From: an uncultured Chloroflexota bacterium
Lineage (GTDB): Bacteria; Chloroflexota; Anaerolineae; Aggregatilineales; Phototrophicaceae
Assembly (NCBI GenBank): GCA_937988705.1
Contig: CALKIA010000187.1
Location: 2,716-66,715, forward strand
Length of the DNA: 64,000 nucleotides
Direction of reading: 5' to 3'
This document shows positions 48,426 to 57,020 of this stretch, one piece after another (position 1 is the stretch's first letter; each line of letters starts with the position of its first letter). The notes beneath the pieces were generated by a model. That model did no database searches and was not told where the DNA came from. It saw only the letters and a program-made list of their open reading frames with translations. The position numbers were made by a program, and so were the translations under genes.

Positions 48426-50469
48426 GCAGCGTCTCCGTGATCCAACCGTCGACTTCTTCGACCGACAGTGCGCTCAATCCATCGATTTGGGCACGCATAG
48501 CGCGCAGCAGGTCGAAGGTCGCCGTTTCGCCAGCCGAAACATAGGCAGCATACAGCCGGCTAGCGATTCGATAGCGTTCTGCGAAGGGCACAGATGAGTA
48601 AAACATCGTATTGCCCGCGGGCAGTCCATCTTCCAGCAGCGGACGCATCGCCGCTGCGTCCCCGCCTGTCAGATAATGCACCCACAGGAAATAGGCGATG
48701 TTTTCCGTCAGCGCATTGTCGCGCCCCAAGAGGCTTTTAATCAATGGCGCGCCCACGTCCATGTAGACGTTTTGCTCGCCTGTGTCCAAGTAGGCAAAGT
48801 CGCGCGGATCAATGAACAGGTACAGCGCTTCGCGGGTTGCCGGGTACACCTGCCAGCCAGAAAAGCTGTCACTCGCCAGCGACACAGCAGCTACCGTCAG
48901 ATCGGGCAGATCGGGAAAGAAGCGGTGCAGGTAATCGTAGGCGGGTACGATGTAGTGTTCGATGGGCGCAAGCACATCACCGCCGTCTGCGACACTGATA
49001 ACCGTCAGCCGTCCCTCTATCAGCGTTCGAAGGTTGCTGGCCGCGACCACCTGTGCCCAGGTGGTGCTGTCCGATGCAAACGTCGTCGCGTCGATTGGTG
49101 TCAGATTCGAAGCGAATGTGAGTGGGCCGGGATTATCCACCGTAAGGCGGAAGGCAGCCGGTTGATCGAGGAGGCAGGTCGGCACAGCGGCGAAGTTCTC
49201 ATCGTACTGCGTAAAATTCGGGAAGAGGCGTCCCGGCACTGGATACCACAGCACGGCACATGGTAGATACACCCCCTCCGGGCGAATGAAGTAGGTCGCT
49301 TCAGGCGGTCGACCCAGTCGTCGCTCCCGATAGGTGATGCTGCCCGTGTAGGCGAGACTAACTGATGTGGAGTCGCCGGGAGCGAGCGGCGCGGGCAGCG
49401 TCAGCGTCACGATATCGCCGTCACGCACCAGTGGAACACTCGCTTCGACGATCTCGAACTGGTGATACAGCGAGAAAGTAAGTTCGGTCAGCGGCGCACT
49501 GCTCCGATTTACCACCTCCATCTGTGCGGAGAGCTGCGCCGGATCGTCCAGCGCAAAAACGACAGCATAGGCCGTCACGCTGAATGGCATGGCGGAGGGC
49601 AGTATGGGAGCGCCTGAAGCGGCTTGCTGCTGTTCCTCAATCCGGATCTGCTGGTTGGCGGCATGAACCTCTAATGCAAAACTGGCAGTGGCTAAGACGA
49701 CGATACCGAGGGCTGTCATTAGCAGCGCGGCAATCCACGGCGACCGCCGTTGAAAGCGAACCGTCAACATCCACCACAGCATCAAACTCCCCAGCAGCGC
49801 AATCAGCCCGGCATAAAACAGGGTCGTCAAGCTGGGCAGCTGACCCTGCGGAATCTGTCCCCACACCAGTGGATTGACGGATTGGTTCATCGTCACGAAA
49901 TTGATCAGGTTGATGCCGGGAAGGGGCAGACCGTCATTATTCAGTAGGTTTGGGATGAGCCCCGCTCCCACCCACAGCACCGCGAACAACGGATACATCC
50001 AGCGTCGAATGCTCACCGTGTGCTGCACCGCTGTGATCAACATCGTGATAAACCCGAACGATAGGAGCACTAAAAGCAGCTGATGCAAAGTATAGGCTAG
50101 GGGCAAACGCCCCGGCGGCGCCGTGACCAGTACGACTAGGGGGGCGACAACCAGTGCCCCGAGCGCCGTGATCCCGGCCATCCAGCGCGCTAGCAGTACT
50201 TCCACGCCCGTAGGAAGTGCCACTTCCAGCAGATCAAAGCGATTGCGCGTCGGGCGCGAGACCTGAATGCCCGTGAGGAACAGGGCGATCAAACTGCCGA
50301 AGCCCAGCACGATGTTGAATAAGCCGCGAATGCTGCGATAGTCGTCCTGCGTGTACGTGGCGATGATGAAGCCGCTCCACACCACTAGAAACAGCAGATA
50401 GCTCCAGTGGAAGGCGAGGCGCAGTTCGAGCCGGTAGACAGCCCCAAAGCGTCGCAGTGTGCTAGACAT
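48415..50469 (-). CDS. ABC permease/aminopeptidase-N-like fusion (copy 2)
   Basis: Identical translation to 40965-43019. Confidence 0.65.
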   Translation of the reverse strand: MSSTLRRFGAVYRLELRLAFHWSYLLFLVVWSGFIIATYTQDDYRSIRGLFNIVLGFGSLIALFLTGIQVSRPTRNRFDLLEVALPTGVEVLLARWMAGITALGALVVAPLVVLVTAPPGRLPLAYTLHQLLLVLLSFGFITMLITAVQHTVSIRRWMYPLFAVLWVGAGLIPNLLNNDGLPLPGINLINFVTMNQSVNPLVWGQIPQGQLPSLTTLFYAGLIALLGSLMLWWMLTVRFQRRSPWIAALLMTALGIVVLATASFALEVHAANQQIRIEEQQQAASGAPILPSAMPFSVTAYAVVFALDDPAQLSAQMEVVNRSSAPLTELTFSLYHQFEIVEASVPLVRDGDIVTLTLPAPLAPGDSTSVSLAYTGSITYRERRLGRPPEATYFIRPEGVYLPCAVLWYPVPGRLFPNFTQYDENFAAVPTCLLDQPAAFRLTVDNPGPLTFASNLTPIDATTFASDSTTWAQVVAASNLRTLIEGRLTVISVADGGDVLAPIEHYIVPAYDYLHRFFPDLPDLTVAAVSLASDSFSGWQVYPATREALYLFIDPRDFAYLDTGEQNVYMDVGAPLIKSLLGRDNALTENIAYFLWVHYLTGGDAAAMRPLLEDGLPAGNTMFYSSVPFAERYRIASRLYAAYVSAGETATFDLLRAMRAQIDGLSALSVEEVDGWITETLHGA

Positions 50470-51346
50470 GCTGCGCCTCTTTCCCGGAAGCAGCCATCAC
50501 CGCCATATACCCTTCTTCCAGTTCAGGATTGACCAGCACACCCCGTCCCCAGGGGTTTTCCGGCGCCACGATGCGCACCTGCAAGCGTCCGTTCACTGTG
50601 CGACTGGCCGTGACCCGATACGCGCTTTCGATCTGCTCATACTCGCGTGGTTCAATGTCAAGCTGCCAGACACGCCCGCTGGCGTGCTGCATGAGCGTTT
50701 CAGGTGTACCACTGAAAATGACCTGTCCGCGATTGAGCACCGCGACGGCGGAGCAACTGGCCTCAATGTCGCCCACGATGTGGGTCGAGAGCAGCACGGT
50801 TCGCTCACCGGACAGGCGAGTGAGAAGATTGCGGAAGCGAATCCGTTCTTCGGGATCAAGTCCGGCGGTAGGTTCATCAACGACGATCAGCTGGGGATCA
50901 CCGAGCAATGCCTGGGCGATCCCTAAACGCTGTTTCATGCCGCCGGAGTAACCACCAACGCGCCGCTTGGCATCTTTTGTCAGGTTCACTTGCTCCAGCA
51001 GTGTTTTGACCTGCTTTTGTCGATCGGCGCGGGCTAAACCCTTCATCATGCCGATGTAATCCAACAGGTCGTAAGCGTTGAGACTCTTGTAGAAGCCGAA
51101 ATCTTGCGGGATATAGCCTAGGTTTTTCCTTACAAAGCCCGGGTCACGCATGACATCTACGCCCCCGACCCGCACCTGACCGCTCGTGACCGGCATAAGG
51201 GTCGTTATGACCCGCATCAGTGTCGTTTTGCCCGCGCCATTCGGACCCAAAAGCCCGAACATGCCCCGATTGATGGAGAGTGAAACGTCATTTAGTGCGC
51301 GGAATTTGCCATAATCTTTTACGAGATCGATGATCTCAATCTTCAT
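50462..51346 (-). CDS. ABC transporter ATP-binding protein (copy 2)
   Basis: Identical translation to 43012-43896. Confidence 0.93.
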   Translation of the reverse strand: MKIEIIDLVKDYGKFRALNDVSLSINRGMFGLLGPNGAGKTTLMRVITTLMPVTSGQVRVGGVDVMRDPGFVRKNLGYIPQDFGFYKSLNAYDLLDYIGMMKGLARADRQKQVKTLLEQVNLTKDAKRRVGGYSGGMKQRLGIAQALLGDPQLIVVDEPTAGLDPEERIRFRNLLTRLSGERTVLLSTHIVGDIEASCSAVAVLNRGQVIFSGTPETLMQHASGRVWQLDIEPREYEQIESAYRVTASRTVNGRLQVRIVAPENPWGRGVLVNPELEEGYMAVMAASGKEAQHV

Positions 51347-51379
51347 GGTCGAGGCTTTCGGTTATCCACTTTCTTATAG

Positions 51380-51406
51380 GACGACAGGCCACACAAAAAG
51401 GTTTAA
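51380..51406 (-). promoter_or_regulatory. Candidate ECF sigma promoter (copy 2)
   Basis: TTAAAC-N17-CGTC on the minus strand. Confidence 0.55.
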
Positions 51407-51493
51407 AATCGGCTGACTACTTCAGGGGCACCGAAAGCTTATCAAACGCAATTGGACACTCAACCATACGGCGAAGCAAGTCGTTCCTGACTG

Positions 51494-52291
51494 ATGGTCT
51501 ATCACTTCCTGTTGTGCCTCACCACGCTCATCTTCGACCTGTTTGCGTCCATCCGTCTTGCGCCTGACGAGAAAGACCTGCAGATTGCGCTCCACCGACA
51601 ACAGCTCCGCGTGCTGGAGCGCAAAATCACGAAGAAACCGCGTCTTTCACGTCCTGAGAAGCTGATGCTTTTTGCCCTCACGACCCATTTGCAGCGACAA
51701 ACGCAGCGGTGGCAGCAGCGTTTGTGCGAAGCCGTGTTCCTGGTTCAACCCGAAACCGGGCTGAAATGGCATCGGGAGCTGGTGCGTCGGGAATGGGCTT
51801 TTGGGCGATCAAATTATGGAGGACGACCAAAGCTGGACGGCGAGATCGAGGCGCTGATCGTGCGGATTGCGCGAGAGAAACCGCGCATGGGGTACGACAA
51901 AATCCAAGGCGATCTGATGAAGCTGCGTTTCCTCATTCATGACCAGCTTCGATCAGTTTTTCGTCTCAGAAGGCATAGAAATCGTGTGCACGCCGTTTCG
52001 CGCACCGAAAGCCAATGCGTTTGCTGAGCGTTGGATCCGCACTGTTCGCGAAGAATGCCTTGATCGGCTTATCGTGCTTGACCAGCGGCACCTACATTAC
52101 GTCCTTACCCAATACATCAGATACTATAATTGTGCCCGCCCGCATCAAGGTATCGAACAACGCACGCCCATCCCGCTGCCGGTTTCAAACCCGCAAGGGC
52201 AGATCGAACGGCGAGACATCTTGCACGGTCTCATCCACGATTACCGCCGCGTCGCTTAGTTCCCCTGCGGATAAGGTTTTCGCACCGTATA
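51494..52291 (+). pseudogene. rve transposase pseudogene C, internally deleted, with right TIR
   Basis: N-terminus as in B. Jumps from DLMKL to RFLIHD (CDFFTVE segment lost) and frameshifts. Then NAFAERWIRTVREECLD...HDYRRVA. TIR GGATAAGGTTTTCGCACCGTATA at 52269-52291. Confidence 0.85.
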
Positions 52292-52340
52292 GGTATTCCT
52301 CATCTCACCGAAGTTTCCACAGCTTGCAGAAATTGCCCTC

Positions 52341-52369
52341 TTGACTCCAACCCCGAATCTGGATATTCT
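52341..52369 (+). promoter_or_regulatory. Sigma70-type promoter of the LacI gene
   Basis: TTGACT-N17-TATTCT. Confidence 0.65.
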
Positions 52370-52374
52370 GTCAT

Positions 52375-52400
52375 TTAAGCGCTTAAGGTGATGCGCTTAA
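52375..52400. promoter_or_regulatory. LacI-family operator(s)
   Basis: Perfect palindrome TTAAGCGCTTAA (52375-52386) with a central CG, plus a near copy TGATGCGCTTAA (52389-52400), at the predicted transcription start. Confidence 0.7.
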
Positions 52401-52438
52401 TGAAAATTTGCTGAAATAGTTGTGTATTCAGAGCTCTC

Positions 52439-53467
52439 ATGAAACGACCTACACAAGCCACGGTTGCTCGTCATGCTGGCGTCTCAGCGGCGACCGTCTC
52501 ATACGTGCTCAATGGAACCAACAATGGGCGTGTGCAAATCTCTGAAGAAACTCGCCAGCGCGTTTTAGCTGCCGTTGAAGAACTCGGTTATGAACCAGAT
52601 GCTCGAGCTCAAGCGTTAGCCTCCGGAAGCACCAAGACTGTCGCAGTCCTCATTCCTGACCTACGGAATCCCCATTTTGGCGAATACGCAACCGGCATTG
52701 AGGAAGCAGCTCGTGAGGCAGGCTATCACATCCTTCTTTCCAGCAGCGCCCTGAATGACGAATATGCATTGGACATTCTGAAAGTCTTGGCGCGGCGTCA
52801 AGTGGATGGTTTGATTGTTTCAAGTTCCTTCATCCTCGAATCCGAGGAGGCACGCGCTACGCTGGCTGATATCCTCACCCGTGGTCTTCCTGTCGTCGGT
52901 TTGGGCGAAAACTATGGTGTAGACACGGTTTCAGCTCCCTATGACGCGGCGACGAAAGAAGCAATCACCTATTTGTTGTCACTTGGACATCGTCGTCTTG
53001 GGTTGGTTTATGGGACAGGGGGGCATGAGCTTGGTCTCGACCGTTTACAACCATTCCAGGACGGTTTGCAGGCTGGGGGGATTTCTTTCGACTCTGACCT
53101 CATTGTTGAATGCGGTCCCACTATCAAAGATGGTTATCAAGCGGCTACCCGCCTCCTCGAACTTGCATCGCGGCCCACAGCCATTATTGCCATCAATGAT
53201 CTGCTAGCAATTGGCACCATTCGCGCCGCGGTTGATCTTGGTTTGCACGTTCCCAATGACCTGTCTGTCATGAGCTACGACGACATCCCGATGGCGGATT
53301 ATTTGGTTCCACGCCTGACAACGGTGACGAAAGATGCCCTTAACCTTGGGCGCAAAGCGTTTGAAGTTTTGCTTGCACGACTTCAAAACCCGGATCTTCC
53401 GCAACAACATGTCCATTGCCCGGTACGGCTCATTATTCGCGAGTCGACTGGGGCAGTACCTGCGTGA
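52439..53467 (+). CDS. LacI-family transcriptional regulator
   Basis: VARHAGVSAATVSYVLN HTH; ISEETRQRV; PTAIIAINDLLAIG; VPNDLSV; LIIREST. Confidence 0.95.
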   Translation: MKRPTQATVARHAGVSAATVSYVLNGTNNGRVQISEETRQRVLAAVEELGYEPDARAQALASGSTKTVAVLIPDLRNPHFGEYATGIEEAAREAGYHILLSSSALNDEYALDILKVLARRQVDGLIVSSSFILESEEARATLADILTRGLPVVGLGENYGVDTVSAPYDAATKEAITYLLSLGHRRLGLVYGTGGHELGLDRLQPFQDGLQAGGISFDSDLIVECGPTIKDGYQAATRLLELASRPTAIIAINDLLAIGTIRAAVDLGLHVPNDLSVMSYDDIPMADYLVPRLTTVTKDALNLGRKAFEVLLARLQNPDLPQQHVHCPVRLIIRESTGAVPA

Positions 53468-53751
53468 TAGTTGCCCATCAAACAGCCTTCAGATTCTGAC
53501 CAATCGGGGTTGAAAAAGTGGGAGTGGGACTGACTGTAGAAAATTCGGTTCATACCCACTACACATACCAGAGGTCTGGCATCCGTAGTTTCAGACCTGA
53601 CACGTTACCTTCAGCGAGCTGAACCCGCTGCCCGCAGGATATCCGGCTCTAATTTGAAAGGAGACACTGCCTATAGTCTTAAAGATATGAACCGCATCTC
53701 CATTATAGCTGGCAAACTGCAATCACCAACCGAAGTATAGGGAGATTTAAA

Positions 53752-55023
53752 GTGGCAGTAAAAATTATGCGTGTTCTGTCCGTGGTGGCGCTCGTCGTCA
53801 TGGCATTTTCGATGGTCCAAGCACAGGATGAGCCGGTTACGCTAACTGTTTGGTATCTGTCAGTGGATCCCCAGCCCTTTATCGACGTCTTCCAGCGCTG
53901 GGCAGACCAGAGCGGTAACCAAGTCGAACTCATCAGTATTCCAGCTAGCGGCTTCGAAAATCAATTCTTGACGCGGTGGACGGCAGGTGAGCGACCAGAC
54001 ATCCTAGAGTATCACGGTAGTCAACGAGATGTGCTGCAGTTGGGGCCTGAGGAAAACCTCCTTGACCTCACTGATCTGGGTTTCGCGGAACGCGCCCCGA
54101 ACCTCTACCCGGCTCTCGGAACCTATAATGGTCGTGTCTACAATGCGATCACTTCCTTCCCGCAGGTGTTCGGCCTGTACTACAACAAGCAGGTCCTTGC
54201 TGATGCAGGGCTTGAAGTACCGCAGACCTTCGATGATCTCTTTGCAATCTGCGAGACTCTTAAGGAAGTAGCGCCCGGCGTTGTCCCGATTTGGGAAAAT
54301 GGCGGCTCAGGCTGGCCTCCTCAAATCCTCCCTGTCATGTATCAGACAGACCGGAACGATTCCTTCGACCAGGCTGTTCTCGATAGAGAAACAACGGTCG
54401 ATGCTCCCGATTCGCCATACTTGGCATCTCTACAGGTCTACGCTGAACTGCAACAGAACGGTTGCTTCAACGAGGATATCACGACGGCGATTTTCGAGAC
54501 TGGCATCACCGAAGTTGCTGAAGGTAGAGCCGCGATGATTGCGCTCCCGCCCTTTGTCGACATGTGGAATGAACGGTTTGGCGGTGATACGGCGCTAACC
54601 GATAGCACGATTGGCTTTGCCTATCCCTCGTCGACGGAACCGCGCGCATGGTGGATACCCAGCCCCACTGGCACGTACTATGGCGTAAAGTCTGGTGACC
54701 CAGCCCGTGAGGCAGCGGTCCTAGACTTCATCCGCTACGCGACAGGTGAGGGATATCAGCAGACGATTGATGAGTCACAGACTTTCCCCGTCTTCGAAGG
54801 TTTCGAAAACCCAGCTAACGCTCAGGAGCTTACGCTGTCACTCAAAGAGGCGTTTGACAATAACAGCCGTGCCCCGAACCTATTCCCCGGCGGAATCCAG
54901 TTCGATCGCATCATGAACCAACTGCTCAGCGGGCAGTTAACACCAGAGGCGGCAGCACAGTTGTACCAATTGCAGCTCGAACAAGGCGCAATAGCTGCAG
55001 GTTTCCCCGGTTGGGGCGAATAA
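53752..55023 (+). CDS. Sugar ABC transporter substrate-binding protein
   Basis: Signal peptide (QAQD); GLYYNKQVLADAGLEVPQTFDDL. Confidence 0.9.
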   Translation: MAVKIMRVLSVVALVVMAFSMVQAQDEPVTLTVWYLSVDPQPFIDVFQRWADQSGNQVELISIPASGFENQFLTRWTAGERPDILEYHGSQRDVLQLGPEENLLDLTDLGFAERAPNLYPALGTYNGRVYNAITSFPQVFGLYYNKQVLADAGLEVPQTFDDLFAICETLKEVAPGVVPIWENGGSGWPPQILPVMYQTDRNDSFDQAVLDRETTVDAPDSPYLASLQVYAELQQNGCFNEDITTAIFETGITEVAEGRAAMIALPPFVDMWNERFGGDTALTDSTIGFAYPSSTEPRAWWIPSPTGTYYGVKSGDPAREAAVLDFIRYATGEGYQQTIDESQTFPVFEGFENPANAQELTLSLKEAFDNNSRAPNLFPGGIQFDRIMNQLLSGQLTPEAAAQLYQLQLEQGAIAAGFPGWGE

Positions 55024-55068
55024 CTAGATGACTCGATAGCACAATAAGTGCTTGTCGACCAATATCTG

Positions 55069-55105
55069 GATGCCAGAGACGTGCATCAGGTGCGCCTCTG
55101 GCATC
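55069..55105 (+). terminator. Intercistronic stem-loop after the SBP gene
   Basis: GATGCCAGAG...CTCTGGCATC 10-bp stem with an extended inner stem. Confidence 0.55.
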
Positions 55106-55147
55106 TTAAGCAACAAATATTGATACATAACCTACGGGTAACAAGTC

Positions 55148-56080
55148 ATGATCAAACGGCGATATTTAGAACCAGCAAAGACTGAGCGAGTTCGATTTCT
55201 CCTATTAGGGCGGAGTTGGAGTCCGAGTGGCAACTGGTGGCCATTCGCACTCCCAACTATTGCCCTAGTTGGTCTATTCTTTGTCGTTCCATTTGTTCTC
55301 AATTTTCCGCTGGCTTTCACAAACTGGACCAGCTACAGCAGTACGATTAAGTTCAATGGACTTGATAACTTCCAAGTGCTTATCAGGCAGAATATTCTGT
55401 TTGAATCCATTCGTATCACCGTATCTTACGCGGTGATCGCCATGGTAGTACAGAATGTCGTCAGCTTGCTCCTCGCTCTGGCATTGGAACGCACAAATCT
55501 CATCAATTCCATCTTTCGATCCATACTTTTCATCCCTGTGTTGATCTCGTCTGTCGCTGCGGGTTTCATCTGGTATGCCATGCTCAGCCCACATGGCCCT
55601 ATCAATCAACTCATTGGCATCGTCGTCCCGGGCTTTGATTATGCCTGGTTCGGTGATCGTACAACTGCCCTTTACACAGTGGCTTTCACAGATGCCTGGA
55701 AGTGGAGCGGTATCGCCACGCTTGTCTACATCGCCGGCCTAAACTCCATACCCCAGGAGATCATCGAAGCGGCAACGATCGACGGTGCTTCTGCATGGCA
55801 GAGGTTGCTGAGAATTCGACTTCCACTGCTAGCGCCCGCATTTACCTTCACCATCGTGACAACGCTTCTCGGAGCCATCAGCGCCTATGATATTCCGGCA
55901 TCAACAACCCGTGGCGGCCCGGGAACCTCGACGATGGTGCTAAATCTCGCCATGCAACAGCAGTGGACTGCCGGTTTTTTTGGAACCGGGAGCGCGTTGA
56001 GCCTCGTCGTTACGTTGATCGTAGTGTTCACTGCCATTCCGCTAGTTACCTATCTCCGTAGACGTGAGGTTTCATTCTGA
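55148..56080 (+). CDS. Carbohydrate ABC permease
   Basis: EIIEAATIDGAS loop; FNGLDNF. Confidence 0.92.
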   Translation: MIKRRYLEPAKTERVRFLLLGRSWSPSGNWWPFALPTIALVGLFFVVPFVLNFPLAFTNWTSYSSTIKFNGLDNFQVLIRQNILFESIRITVSYAVIAMVVQNVVSLLLALALERTNLINSIFRSILFIPVLISSVAAGFIWYAMLSPHGPINQLIGIVVPGFDYAWFGDRTTALYTVAFTDAWKWSGIATLVYIAGLNSIPQEIIEAATIDGASAWQRLLRIRLPLLAPAFTFTIVTTLLGAISAYDIPASTTRGGPGTSTMVLNLAMQQQWTAGFFGTGSALSLVVTLIVVFTAIPLVTYLRRREVSF

Positions 56081-56931
56081 TGGCACCAAGAAGCTCCCGT
56101 CCAAGCATCATCGTGACAGTCAAATATACAGCGTTGGCACTCTTTGCCCTTCTATGGGTAATTCTGCCCTTGTGGTTACTGGTCGTCAATTCATTCAAGC
56201 CGCTCTCGGAAGCGGGGAGTCTGTCGATTAGCTTGCCGCAAACTTGGCAAATCATAGAGAACTATACAACGGTTATTGAACGTGGAAACTTTCTCAGGGG
56301 GTTGGGAAACAGCCTTGTGATCGCGGCTCCAACGATTATAACCGTGCTTCTACTAGGGGCTGCCGCAGCGTGGGCTTATGCACGATCAAAGTCCACACTA
56401 CTCAAGGTGACCTACTATGTAGCAACGCTGACACTTCTGCTGCCGCCAGCTTTGCTGCCGACGATCTTTCTACTCAAGAATTTAGGAATCGATGGGACTC
56501 GCATCGGTTATTTGCTCGTCACAATTGGTACCCGTTTGGGGGGGATGGTTTTCCTGACCACAGGGTTTATCCGCAGCTTGCCCATCGATTTTGAGGAAGC
56601 CGCATCGATTGATGGTGCTTCGAAGATACAAATCTTCATTCGAATCATACTGCCGCTAGTCGCCCCCATTCTGTTCGTAAACGCGATCCTGCTGATGATC
56701 GGCGTGTGGAATGAGTTCTTCTTCGCTTCATTCCTCATGCCCCGTAACGAGCTTATGACTCTGCCGCTTGCTCTCTATCGTTTTTCGCAAACAGGGGCAA
56801 CTTTCTCAGCACAAAACTGGCACTTAATCTTTGCACATGTGGTTCTGACGAGCCTGCCCTTACTCCTTATCTACGTTTTCGGGCAGCGCCGGATCATTTC
56901 GAGCCTTGCTGCAAGTGGTGTCAAAGGCTAA
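56080..56931 (+). CDS. Carbohydrate ABC permease
   Basis: DFEEAASIDGAS; WNEFF; ends SGVKG. Confidence 0.92.
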   Translation: MAPRSSRPSIIVTVKYTALALFALLWVILPLWLLVVNSFKPLSEAGSLSISLPQTWQIIENYTTVIERGNFLRGLGNSLVIAAPTIITVLLLGAAAAWAYARSKSTLLKVTYYVATLTLLLPPALLPTIFLLKNLGIDGTRIGYLLVTIGTRLGGMVFLTTGFIRSLPIDFEEAASIDGASKIQIFIRIILPLVAPILFVNAILLMIGVWNEFFFASFLMPRNELMTLPLALYRFSQTGATFSAQNWHLIFAHVVLTSLPLLLIYVFGQRRIISSLAASGVKG

Positions 56932-57020
56932 GTCCAACTGTCGTTTCAATCAGGGAAATAACTTACCCAGCATGATGAGAGTCGGCTGGCGCTAGATTGA
57001 ATTTGCATAGAGAGAAGTTC

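Larger units (their letters stand above)
44555..51879. repeat. Tandem duplication, copy 2
   Basis: Matches 37105-44429 by ORF track and by visual comparison. Confidence 0.92.
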
